64,000 bases of DNA from a virus. Positions 25,760 through 33,777 of the stretch are shown here, in pieces. Both the position numbers and the translations under genes were made by a program. The stretch lies in the IMG/VR virus record IMGVR_UViG_3300031418_000004; one strand, written 5' to 3'. The notes beneath the pieces were generated by a model that saw only the letters and a program-made list of their open reading frames with translations, was not told where the DNA came from and ran no database searches. Each line of letters opens with the position of its first letter. Positions within the stretch are counted from its first letter, which is position 1.

Positions 25760-26452
25760 ATGAAATCTAAAACTCTGCAAAAAGCAAACGAAGCTGTAGC
25801 AAAAGCAACTCCCGAAACTTTCGGTGCAGCAATTTCCACTGCTAAAGTGAAGGTTGCTAAACACAAAGAGCATACCAGCTATAGCAGCGCATTTGCTATT
25901 GGCGAACACGCTGAATTACGTTTGGACTTCTTTGATAAAGAGGAACCATTCGGACGCGTTGAAGCCGTGCAGTTTTCTACCGAAGGCATTACGTGCAATG
26001 TTGCAATGGCGATCAGCGCAAGCAATGACGATGTTACCGTGCGTGAGTTTCACAGCGCAACGCCATTGCAAAACGTTGACCAGCGTCTGTTGAAATATTT
26101 CCGACACACGGGAATTGATAACCCGCTTCAAAATTCCTTCCCTGTTTTACCGGGTACGCATATTCAGGTTGGCGATCTGGTTAAGCTGGACTTTAGTTCC
26201 GAAATCGAAAACTACAATCCGTTTGCGATTCCTGTTTTGATTTGGGGCGTAACTTATTTCGAAGGGCGCGTTCGCTATCACGTAAGTCTGGACTGCGATC
26301 AGTATCGCGGTACGTCTGCTTTCGATACCATTTATGAGCGCTACGTGAAGCATTCTATCGACTGTGTTGATGCGGCATTTATTCAGCCAATCGGCGGTTG
26401 GGAAGAAGTGGAAGTAGACGCGCCTGTTCTGAACAAACTGGAGAGACAATGA
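25760..26452 (+). CDS. hypothetical protein, apparent paralog of 18090-18836 with the same duplicated module
   Basis: FAIGEHAELRL...FGRVEAVQF...ITCNVAMAI and IQVGDLVKLDF...IWGVTYF...VRYHVSL. Confidence 0.6.
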   Translation: MKSKTLQKANEAVAKATPETFGAAISTAKVKVAKHKEHTSYSSAFAIGEHAELRLDFFDKEEPFGRVEAVQFSTEGITCNVAMAISASNDDVTVREFHSATPLQNVDQRLLKYFRHTGIDNPLQNSFPVLPGTHIQVGDLVKLDFSSEIENYNPFAIPVLIWGVTYFEGRVRYHVSLDCDQYRGTSAFDTIYERYVKHSIDCVDAAFIQPIGGWEEVEVDAPVLNKLERQ

Positions 26453-26814
26453 AAAAGAATCTGATTCAAAGCAATCTTGATTTCGGTTCCGCGTGGAACA
26501 AACTTATTTCTGGTGACGCTACCAAACATAAGTACGTGCTTTCACGCACAGGATGGAACGGCGCTAATCAGTACGTGCGTGTAATTTTCCCGCAGGCACC
26601 ACATCCGAGTGATGCACCTGATGCTGTTCCGCAGAATCCGTATTTCCGCATGGCAGACAACAACGCCGACGCAGACGGAACGTTATCACCATTCGCAGTT
26701 TTGAAAACTACGCAAAACAAAGTTTTCCCGTGGACTCCTTCACAGGGCGATCTGTTTGCGTTCGATTTTGAAATTTACGAACTGGTGAGCGAAGATGCCG
26801 AACAAGATGCCTGA
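26449..26814 (+). CDS. DUF2829-family protein (the family that includes the Thoeris anti-defence sponge Tad2)
   Basis: LDFGSAWNKLISGD...LSRTGWNGANQYVRV...FAVLKTTQNKVFPWTPSQGDLFAFDFEIYE matches the DUF2829 pattern (dF..Al..lk.G..v.R.gW......i...........pW.ps..DllA.DWei). Confidence 0.6.
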   Translation: MKKNLIQSNLDFGSAWNKLISGDATKHKYVLSRTGWNGANQYVRVIFPQAPHPSDAPDAVPQNPYFRMADNNADADGTLSPFAVLKTTQNKVFPWTPSQGDLFAFDFEIYELVSEDAEQDA

Positions 26815-27181
26815 ATACGATCCAGTTAATCATAAAGCGTCTGACTTTGTTGCAGTCTTTCGCTTTAACTATCTGGAAATGTTGGCGACAGGCCCGGAAA
26901 ATGGTGGCCTGTTTGTTGTGTTGAAACGTTCCGAACCTGAAAGCGTAACGCGTGATCGAATCCTCGAAGTGTGCAAAAAGATTTTTCCTGCTGGTGATGC
27001 TAAGCACGTTGTGTATGGCTATGACTATCTGGTAATGAAAGCACAAATCGACGGCGCGGATATTCTTTTGATGCCCGGAACACTGTTGGCAATCCGCAGA
27101 GACAACAAAGCTGCTGTGATTATTGCAGACGGGCCATTGCCTGATGTTGATATTCACAAAGGCAAGTTGCTCATTGGCTAA
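26795..27181 (+). CDS. hypothetical protein
   Basis: 128 aa with protein-like composition. Confidence 0.55.
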   Translation: MPNKMPEYDPVNHKASDFVAVFRFNYLEMLATGPENGGLFVVLKRSEPESVTRDRILEVCKKIFPAGDAKHVVYGYDYLVMKAQIDGADILLMPGTLLAIRRDNKAAVIIADGPLPDVDIHKGKLLIG

Positions 27182-27190
27182 GGAAGTTTT

Positions 27191-27658
27191 ATGGGCGCGT
27201 TGAAGAAGCGTCTTTTCTGTACGCATGAAAACTGGAATCGCTTTCGAACCATTCATGGTGACGAAGCAAACTACGCTCGAAGTGAGTGGCGTTGTGCCAA
27301 TTGCGACAAACATAAATACAGCGGCTACAGCGACAAGATGGAAAGTGTGCCACAAGGCAAGAAGCGCATTGCTTCTTTTCTGAAATCGGTTCGCTATTTT
27401 ATCGGTCGCATCGCATATCATTGTCTGAACCAGCAAGACAAAGATCGTATTTATCGTGAGTATCGCTTTCAGCAAGAAGTTCGCACTCTGGAACATTGGA
27501 TGTGTGAGTTTCCGCAAATGGCAGAAGCTGCGCGTTATCTCAGAGTTCACGTTAATGGCTATTCCGAAACTTTACCGGCAGGTCACGCAGATCGCCGTGC
27601 GGCGCAGGACATAGGCAGTTTCCGTGAAGACTGTAGACGTAGATTTCCAAAACTGTAA
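27191..27658 (+). CDS. hypothetical Cys/His-containing protein
   Basis: SD AAGGAAG. 155 aa. CTHE...CANC. Confidence 0.6.
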   Translation: MGALKKRLFCTHENWNRFRTIHGDEANYARSEWRCANCDKHKYSGYSDKMESVPQGKKRIASFLKSVRYFIGRIAYHCLNQQDKDRIYREYRFQQEVRTLEHWMCEFPQMAEAARYLRVHVNGYSETLPAGHADRRAAQDIGSFREDCRRRFPKL

Positions 27659-27663
27659 ATAAT

Positions 27664-27702
27664 AAATAGGCTACAGGCTATTCCGGCTTGTGGCCTATTT
27701 TC
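27664..27702 (+). terminator. rho-independent terminator, a near-duplicate of the element at 13746
   Basis: AAATAGGC TACAGGC-TATTCCG-GCTTGTG GCCTATTT forms about 15 pairs including G:U pairs. TTT follows. Confidence 0.7.
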
Positions 27703-27718
27703 ACATAAGGAGGAAATT

Positions 27719-28297
27719 TTGGAACGAAACGTAGCAGAGTTTGGGTACTTTGAAGATTTCATGCAACATGCTTTCCCACTTGGAATTGAAATCAAAAACG
27801 TGCCTGTTGAAACTCTGTCATGTTTAATGAAACACGTAACTTTGCGTCAGGCTTACTTGATGCCCTATTACGGTTTTGAAGTTGAAAGCCGTATTATCGC
27901 AGACGACAACGGTCGATGGCTTCGTGCTTTTGTTAACGGTGACATGGTTCCTGAAATTTCACCAGACTTGATCGAGAAGTTGAAGAATCCTCAAATGCAG
28001 TATCAGGCAGCGGCAGGTTTCTTAACTATGCAGGCAGCGATTCACAAAAAGATTCGCACTCATCTGTTTGATGATATGCTTGTTTATGGCGAAACCAAAT
28101 CAGGCTATATGGAATTCTGGATGCACAAATCAGGTTCCGGTTCGCTGCTACATGTTGCTCATGCAGATCAATCGTTCGAAAGTTTTACTAACGAGCGCGT
28201 TGCAGATTGGCAGTCACGTATGCCTTTTGCTGCTACTGAATATCCGGATGAGCTTTTTCAAGTTGCAATAACTCCAAACGTAAAAGTCGAATGGTAA
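27719..28297 (+). CDS. hypothetical protein (TTG start)
   Basis: AAGGAGG lies 5 nt upstream of TTG 27719. 192 aa. Confidence 0.55.
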   Translation: MERNVAEFGYFEDFMQHAFPLGIEIKNVPVETLSCLMKHVTLRQAYLMPYYGFEVESRIIADDNGRWLRAFVNGDMVPEISPDLIEKLKNPQMQYQAAAGFLTMQAAIHKKIRTHLFDDMLVYGETKSGYMEFWMHKSGSGSLLHVAHADQSFESFTNERVADWQSRMPFAATEYPDELFQVAITPNVKVEW

Positions 28298-28671
28298 AAT
28301 TCAAAGTTTGTCGTAATGGCTGTACTCGAACTGTTATTTTGATCGGTAAATATGCTATCAAGATTCCTTGTCTTCATTATAACTATCCAATGTTTATCGA
28401 GGGTATCCGCGCTAATCTGAATGAACGTCAGTATATTTGCTTTCAAGATAAAGCACCCATTGCGAAAACGTTTTATGCGAATCGCTTTGGACTCTTGAAC
28501 ATTCAAGAACGTGTGCGCCCGGTAAATAACCGTGGCCTGTTCTTTACTGAGCTTGAAGTGCTTTGTTCTAAGCAGCACCTACCGCGTGATTTTTATATGG
28601 ACGATCCCAAACCGGAAAACTTCGGATACAACTCACGCAACGTTTTAGTCAAACTGGATTACGGCAACTAA
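28291..28671 (+). CDS. minimal protein-kinase-like protein (126 aa)
   Basis: These occur in kinase order: YAIKIP (VAIK-like Lys), NLNERQ (alpha-C Glu?), DDPKPENFGY (D-x-K-x-x-N catalytic loop) and VKLDYGN (DFG-like). The ORF ends right after the DFG-like motif. Confidence 0.4.
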   Translation: MVKFKVCRNGCTRTVILIGKYAIKIPCLHYNYPMFIEGIRANLNERQYICFQDKAPIAKTFYANRFGLLNIQERVRPVNNRGLFFTELEVLCSKQHLPRDFYMDDPKPENFGYNSRNVLVKLDYGN

Positions 28672-28880
28672 TGAAAGTTTTTATGTTTCTTCTGTTCTGC
28701 ATCCCGTCTTATGCAATCTCGTTTTTCATCGGCTGGCTTGTTATGGACGCAACAAACAACGCATACAAAGCGACAGGAACCAATGCAGGTCTGTTCGCTT
28801 TGTTCATGATATTTTTCTTCGTCTTTTTCAGGAAGCGCAAAAATGCAAAAGAACCTCGACAAGAACCACGTTTCGATTGA
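28671..28880 (+). CDS. small two-helix membrane protein
   Basis: FMFLLFCIPSYAISFFIGWLV and GLFALFMIFFFVFF. ATGA overlap with the upstream stop. Confidence 0.5.
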   Translation: MKVFMFLLFCIPSYAISFFIGWLVMDATNNAYKATGTNAGLFALFMIFFFVFFRKRKNAKEPRQEPRFD

Positions 28881-29559
28881 TCCGGATATGCTGGAAATCC
28901 TGATGCAGTTTGCAGAAAAACATGCAGACGGGAACCATTTTATCGACGATCTCAAACGCGTAAAACGCCATATCCGCAAGTTCAATCCGAAAAGTCTTGA
29001 GCGTAAAAAGCAGATTGAGAAAGAAGATAATGATCTGCTGATCATGGCAGAAGAACGAAAGGAAGCAAAGCGCACACGTCGAATGGTGAGCGAACGTTTC
29101 GAAACCAAAACCGTTGTACGTGACGGTAAAACTGAAAAAGTAAAAACTCCGTTCGTGTTTTGGTTTGTACGCCAGAACGTAAAACGCGCCTGGCCAATCC
29201 TTATTCATAATCTGCGTAAAGATTACGGTATGACTTCTGTCAGTTGTTCCTTCCTGTCAAGCAAGGACAAAGGCGAGGCAATGTATATGTATACGGGCCT
29301 CAATGTACCCAGCATTCTGAGCACGAAAGATATTTATTTATCGCGGGATGAAATTCCGGAAGGTATTCAGATCTGCGATAGCGCTCTGGCACCTAAACTT
29401 GATCTTCGTACAGGCAATGAGTGTTGCGCCAATCCGGTTTACGATGAAGGCAAATGTACGCAGTGCGGTAATCTTGATCCAGAACTGGAATCGTGCTGCG
29501 ACAATGAAGATCGCAACTGGAACGGCGGTTGTAACAACTGCGGAGATCCGTGCTTATGA
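28843..29559 (+). CDS. hypothetical protein with Cys-rich C-terminal region (12 Cys in the last 66 aa)
   Basis: SD AGGAAG. The C-terminus reads CDSALAP...ECCANPVYDEGKCTQCGNLDPELESCCDNEDRNWNGGCNNCGDPCL. Confidence 0.55.
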   Translation: MQKNLDKNHVSIDPDMLEILMQFAEKHADGNHFIDDLKRVKRHIRKFNPKSLERKKQIEKEDNDLLIMAEERKEAKRTRRMVSERFETKTVVRDGKTEKVKTPFVFWFVRQNVKRAWPILIHNLRKDYGMTSVSCSFLSSKDKGEAMYMYTGLNVPSILSTKDIYLSRDEIPEGIQICDSALAPKLDLRTGNECCANPVYDEGKCTQCGNLDPELESCCDNEDRNWNGGCNNCGDPCL

Positions 29560-29807
29560 AAAAGCTGATTGCCCTGATGTTTGTTATTGCACTGGCTGGA
29601 TGCGATGCTTCGCAACGCACTGCTGAATACAGCGCGGATCAGATTGTGCGTGGTCACTGCGAACCAACAGGTCAGTATCTGGATACAGAAATTCCCGGCG
29701 CTTCTATTGCGATGCCTAGCCGCACAGAAAGATTCTATATCTATAACTGCGATGACGGCACTCGTCGAATGTCAAAAGCTAAAATTGAAGGTACAGCAAA
29801 TGAGTAA
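29556..29807 (+). CDS. small lipoprotein
   Basis: MKKLIALMFVIALAGC is a signal peptide plus lipobox (LAGC). SD GGAG. Confidence 0.65.
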   Translation: MKKLIALMFVIALAGCDASQRTAEYSADQIVRGHCEPTGQYLDTEIPGASIAMPSRTERFYIYNCDDGTRRMSKAKIEGTANE

Positions 29808-30042
29808 AGTTGTTCTGGAAGCAAAACGCGAAGGCGAAGTTTTCCAGATCGTTCGTTACCGTGTACGCCGTGCGAATGATTGGGTATCCCATAAAATCCC
29901 CATGAACAAACGTGAAGTTGTTCCGTCTGCAAAGTTTCAGGACTTTCAACGTTGGGCCTACACTGACAACGGCGAAACAGTTTCAATTCCTCTTAGCGTC
30001 AAACTAAACTATCTGGTGGCACATGAAAGCAATCAGCATTAA
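29800..30042 (+). CDS. hypothetical protein
   Basis: ATG 29800 overlaps the lipoprotein 3' end. 80 aa. Confidence 0.5.
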   Translation: MSKVVLEAKREGEVFQIVRYRVRRANDWVSHKIPMNKREVVPSAKFQDFQRWAYTDNGETVSIPLSVKLNYLVAHESNQH

Positions 30043-30418
30043 ACAACCTTTTGCTTGGCTGTTGGCGAACGGACACAAGGATGTTGAAAATCGAAACTGG
30101 CGCACAAAGTTTCGCGGTAAGATTTTTATTCACGCAAGCAAGTCAATCAACAAACAAGATTATGCTGCTGCGAAACTTATCTGTGATGATTTGGGAATAA
30201 AACTTCCAAACATTGACCAGCTTGAGCGCGGCGGTATTGTTGGCTGTATGACTATCACGGACTGCGTTGAAACCCTTGATAGTCCGTGGTTTTTCGGGCA
30301 ATACGGATTTACTGTAAAGGATCAACGTGCTTGCAAATTACACCCACTCAAAGGACGCCTGAGTATCTACGAATCTGGCGTTGAAACTTCCGAACTATCT
30401 TGGAGAAGAAAGAAATGA
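30023..30418 (+). CDS. ASCH domain protein
   Basis: MKAISIKQPFAWLLANGHKDVENRNWRTKFRGKIFIHASK is the typical ASCH N-terminus. Confidence 0.8.
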   Translation: MKAISIKQPFAWLLANGHKDVENRNWRTKFRGKIFIHASKSINKQDYAAAKLICDDLGIKLPNIDQLERGGIVGCMTITDCVETLDSPWFFGQYGFTVKDQRACKLHPLKGRLSIYESGVETSELSWRRKK

Positions 30419-31386
30419 TCAATCACGACACTTTATGGAAAGCAGTTGAAGACAAACAAGCGCATTACGCACGTTTAGTTTCAATGCCTTTGCCTGAGAC
30501 TGTTGCAAATGGCTTACCGTTCTTTCGCCGTGGCATGACTGTTAATCAGCAACTGCATTTTCTCGCGGAGCCAGAATACCATTGGATTGATGCAAAACTT
30601 ATTATGGAAGATGATCTGATGAGCGACGATCTGAAAGAGACTCTGGATGCAAGTTTAGGCTTTGCGCGTAGGTCGGGAAAAACTTTCATGACAAGCGGCA
30701 TCTGCAAAGAGGCAATTGAAGGTTTGCTTGCAGGCTTCAAAGGCAAAACGATCAACAAAAGCGGCATGATTGAAATTGACAGCATTCCTTATCCTTACTC
30801 GTTAGGTAAAAGCGATATTAGCGGATTCCTTCGCCGTGATTTGGTGCGTCGAGGTTATTTGCATAGTATGGTTCCGGACGATGCACAATCCGGATCGATG
30901 GAACTTGATCTTTCGGTTCCTATCCAGCAACCGCAAAAGTGGGAAGATTCATCGGCAGTCAAAGACATTACCGACGCGATTCACAAACTCAAAGTTTCCA
31001 GCATGAAGATGGGCGACGTTGAGTATCGTCCGGAACAACTGGAAGCAATGGGCATACTGGATGAAATGGGAGCGTTTGATAGTGATGGCTGTTGGTCTGC
31101 TATTTCGCGATTTTGGGGAGGCGGCATACTTACCAATCTGAAAGCCAAACCAAACGGAACTATCGAAGCAGACGTTACCTTGCCTGCTATTGCAAAAGGC
31201 CCAATCGTTTTTGAACAAAAGACGAAAGCCACTCCTGAGTATTCTCCGCAGTATGCCGCGTACATGCGGGATCGGGAAAGAGAAAAAGAAGTACAAAACT
31301 CGAAACGCTGTCCAACACACAAGCGTAAAACAAAAGTAGTTAATGCGCGTAAAGCTGCTAAGGCGGCACGTAAAAAGAGGAAATAA
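30415..31386 (+). CDS. hypothetical protein with polybasic C-terminus
   Basis: The ATG overlaps the ASCH stop (ATGA). 323 aa. Tail: HKRKTKVVNARKAAKAARKKRK. Confidence 0.6.
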   Translation: MINHDTLWKAVEDKQAHYARLVSMPLPETVANGLPFFRRGMTVNQQLHFLAEPEYHWIDAKLIMEDDLMSDDLKETLDASLGFARRSGKTFMTSGICKEAIEGLLAGFKGKTINKSGMIEIDSIPYPYSLGKSDISGFLRRDLVRRGYLHSMVPDDAQSGSMELDLSVPIQQPQKWEDSSAVKDITDAIHKLKVSSMKMGDVEYRPEQLEAMGILDEMGAFDSDGCWSAISRFWGGGILTNLKAKPNGTIEADVTLPAIAKGPIVFEQKTKATPEYSPQYAAYMRDREREKEVQNSKRCPTHKRKTKVVNARKAAKAARKKRK

Positions 31387-31388
31387 GT

Positions 31389-31910
31389 ATGCACGAATTT
31401 GTAGCATGGCTTGCGGTGTATTTTTATATCGGAGCCGTTTTCTGTGTGGTTGATTTTGTCGATGTGCTTGTCGCAAGATTTTTATTTAATCGTGAGGAAT
31501 ACAGTGCCCGCGCCATTATTCTTTATCCTATTTTTACTTTGTTCCTGTGGCCTCTCCAATTACTTGCGACAATAGCAGCGGTAGTAACACCGGGCTTTTA
31601 TAAGCATGTAACCAGATCAGCATTGCGTGTGGCTGAATCGTGGGCGACTCCTTACTTTGCGTACGAATTTGAAAGCGAACCCTCGCTTGATCAAATCAAA
31701 GAACTTTCTCAACATATCTGGCGCACCAATCCCGGATGGCATTTGGGAGATCCTATTGATTTGTTTTTGTATCGCAAAAAGAAAAACGGCAGCAAAGTTT
31801 ATGTAGGCTTTGAGCGAAAGGACAAGTGCGCATCGCATAAATGTTTTCGCCACATTCGCGCTACTTCTCCGGTAGACACAAAGTACGAGGAAATTTGGAA
31901 TGCAGGTTGA
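31389..31910 (+). CDS. membrane protein, hypothetical
   Basis: SD GAGGAA. Two or three N-terminal hydrophobic helices. Confidence 0.55.
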   Translation: MHEFVAWLAVYFYIGAVFCVVDFVDVLVARFLFNREEYSARAIILYPIFTLFLWPLQLLATIAAVVTPGFYKHVTRSALRVAESWATPYFAYEFESEPSLDQIKELSQHIWRTNPGWHLGDPIDLFLYRKKKNGSKVYVGFERKDKCASHKCFRHIRATSPVDTKYEEIWNAG

Positions 31911-32226
31911 ATTAGTAAAATTCGATTTTCCGGTTTACGGGCCGCTGGAAATCGCACGAAAGAAACTGCTTGAGCATCTTGTTGTTGAGTGTCGCAAAGG
32001 TCTGCAAGATTCTCTGGTCGGTTTTATTTACGGCGCTCAACTGGAAGACGGTAGCCATGTTCACGTTTGTTGCAGCAAGTATTACAATAATCATCGTGAC
32101 GTGGAATTTGCACGAATTCAACCGAAAGGAGGCCCATATTTGAAACCTTACCGATGCGCGGCAAACCTTGTGCTAACCATGACAGCAAAAGCTGACGGAA
32201 CAGTTAGCTGCACCGGGCAGGATTAA
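31900..32226 (+). CDS. hypothetical protein
   Basis: SD GAGGAA. 108 aa. Confidence 0.5.
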   Translation: MQVELVKFDFPVYGPLEIARKKLLEHLVVECRKGLQDSLVGFIYGAQLEDGSHVHVCCSKYYNNHRDVEFARIQPKGGPYLKPYRCAANLVLTMTAKADGTVSCTGQD

Positions 32227-32588
32227 TGTTTCTTGCTTTTCGACGCACCGAAGTTGTGAGCATGAGGAACGGCAATAAAAACTTCGATGTTCGAATAGAT
32301 CGCCAAAGCAAATGGGGCAACCGTCATTTTATGAAGGAAGAAACCGTTGCTGAACGTGATCGAGTTTGCGACGAACACAAAAAGGAATTGTGGGAAAAGA
32401 TCCACGCAAGCGATATAACTCTAAGCGAACTTGAAGAGTTGTATGGTAAAAAGTTAGGCTGCTGGTGTAAACCGAAACGCTGTCACGGTGACGCACTGGC
32501 AGAAGCGGCAGAGTGGGCGCATCGTTTGATGAACATTCTGAGAAAGCTAAGAAAGAAACGTAGAAAAAAGTGTAAAGTAAAATCGTAA
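32226..32588 (+). CDS. DUF4326 domain protein with polybasic tail
   Basis: IDRQSKWGNRHF ... GCWCKPKRCHGDAL is the hallmark pattern. Tail: RKLRKKRRKKCKVKS. The start may instead be ATG 32262. Confidence 0.7.
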   Translation: MFLAFRRTEVVSMRNGNKNFDVRIDRQSKWGNRHFMKEETVAERDRVCDEHKKELWEKIHASDITLSELEELYGKKLGCWCKPKRCHGDALAEAAEWAHRLMNILRKLRKKRRKKCKVKS

Positions 32589-32605
32589 CCTTTCAGGAGA
32601 ACACA

Positions 32606-33175
32606 ATGGAAATTCAGGAAGCTGATCTTTACCAGAAAGCAATTGAGTTTGCAGCACGGGCGCATCGTGGACAGTATCGCAAATATACGAATGAGCCTTA
32701 TATTCTGCATCCGATCAACGTTGCCGAAATTCTTCGCGATCTGGATATGCCAATCGAAACAATCGTTGCTGGCGTACTGCATGACGTGGTTGAAGATACC
32801 GACTGCACCATTCAGGAAATCGAAGACTCGTTCGGTAAAGTTGTCGCAGAGATCGTTAACGGCGTAACCAACGTGGCAGAAGATAAATCTGTTCCACGTA
32901 AAGAACGCTTCTGGCAAAACGTGCAGCATCTGACTAAATCAAATGAGCAGGCGCAGAACGTTAAGTGTGCTGACATTATCAGTAACATGAAAAAGTTCGG
33001 TGAAGTGAATCCTGATTTCGCAGCGCAGTACACGGCAGAAAAAATGATTGTTATCGATCATTTGTATGAAGCAGATTCGTTTCTGATTCTTCGCGCTAAA
33101 CAGGCAGTCGAAGCAAATATGGAAGGGATTCGCTCGGAGCACATGCACTTGCGTTTCCTGCTCGAAAAAGGCTAA
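32606..33175 (+). CDS. HD-domain (p)ppGpp hydrolase-like protein (SpoT/Mesh1 hydrolase-domain type)
   Basis: AARAHRGQYRKYTNEPYILHPINVAEIL and AGVLHDVVEDTDCTIQEIEDSFG (HD...ED signature). Confidence 0.8.
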   Translation: MEIQEADLYQKAIEFAARAHRGQYRKYTNEPYILHPINVAEILRDLDMPIETIVAGVLHDVVEDTDCTIQEIEDSFGKVVAEIVNGVTNVAEDKSVPRKERFWQNVQHLTKSNEQAQNVKCADIISNMKKFGEVNPDFAAQYTAEKMIVIDHLYEADSFLILRAKQAVEANMEGIRSEHMHLRFLLEKG

Positions 33176-33178
33176 CTA

Positions 33179-33568
33179 ATGTTTCAACGTATCGGGATTG
33201 ACCAGCATACAACGCTGGCACGTATCACACGCCGCGCACGACGCAACGCACTGCACGTATTGGCGCAAGGTAAAAGTGTTTGCACATTGCAGGCTTTTAT
33301 CTATGCGCACACTACGGAAGATAAAGTTTTTGCGGTGGCGTACGAAGAAATCAAGACTCAAACTCTTGCGCTTATTTGTCTGCGTGAGGTAGAAGTTCTT
33401 AATTTCGTTCGTAGAAACAAAAAGATTTATGAAGTGATAAACGGCGTTGAAGTGCTTACTGGAAACTTCGATAGTAAAGTTTCAAAGTTTGTTGCCTGCA
33501 ACGCCCTACCCGATAATGTTGTTCCTCTGGAGATACCAAATGGATGCGAAGCTAAAAGCCGCTCTTGA
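33179..33568 (+). CDS. hypothetical protein
   Basis: 129-aa ORF. Confidence 0.5.
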   Translation: MFQRIGIDQHTTLARITRRARRNALHVLAQGKSVCTLQAFIYAHTTEDKVFAVAYEEIKTQTLALICLREVEVLNFVRRNKKIYEVINGVEVLTGNFDSKVSKFVACNALPDNVVPLEIPNGCEAKSRS

Positions 33569-33770
33569 TCAAGTTCGTGCTACCCACAAAGTTAACGTCG
33601 TTGACTGTTACTCAAAAGTGCGTGTGCCTACGGACTGCAAGATCTTTTACGCTGCTGGTGGAATCGGTCAAGGCCATTTTAGTGGCAAGACTTTTCCGAA
33701 GTTGATTAAACCGTTTAAGAATTTGGTTGTCTATATAAACAAAGACAACTGTTCTTACGTTGCGTACTGA
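33540..33770 (+). CDS. hypothetical protein
   Basis: ATG after GGAG. 76 aa. Confidence 0.45.
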   Translation: MDAKLKAALDQVRATHKVNVVDCYSKVRVPTDCKIFYAAGGIGQGHFSGKTFPKLIKPFKNLVVYINKDNCSYVAY

Positions 33771-33777
33771 GGTTTGT

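Noticed and set aside
26708-27550. 280-aa ORF on the - strand spanning three + strand genes
   Set aside because: Its composition is Cys/His/Phe/Arg/Asn-rich and looks like antisense junk. There is no SD, and it runs straight through the inter-genic junctions and SD sites of well-formed + strand genes, including the DUF2829 gene. Its length alone is notable, but it is most simply explained by codon bias depleting antisense stop codons.
13746-27702. The idea that the conserved hairpins are DNA hairpin promoters of the N4 virion-RNAP type
   Set aside because: Many stem positions pair only as G:U, so the stems form in RNA and not in DNA. They are followed by U-tracts and sit directly after stop codons. 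This is classic intrinsic-terminator geometry, not the 3-nt-loop DNA hairpins of N4 early promoters.
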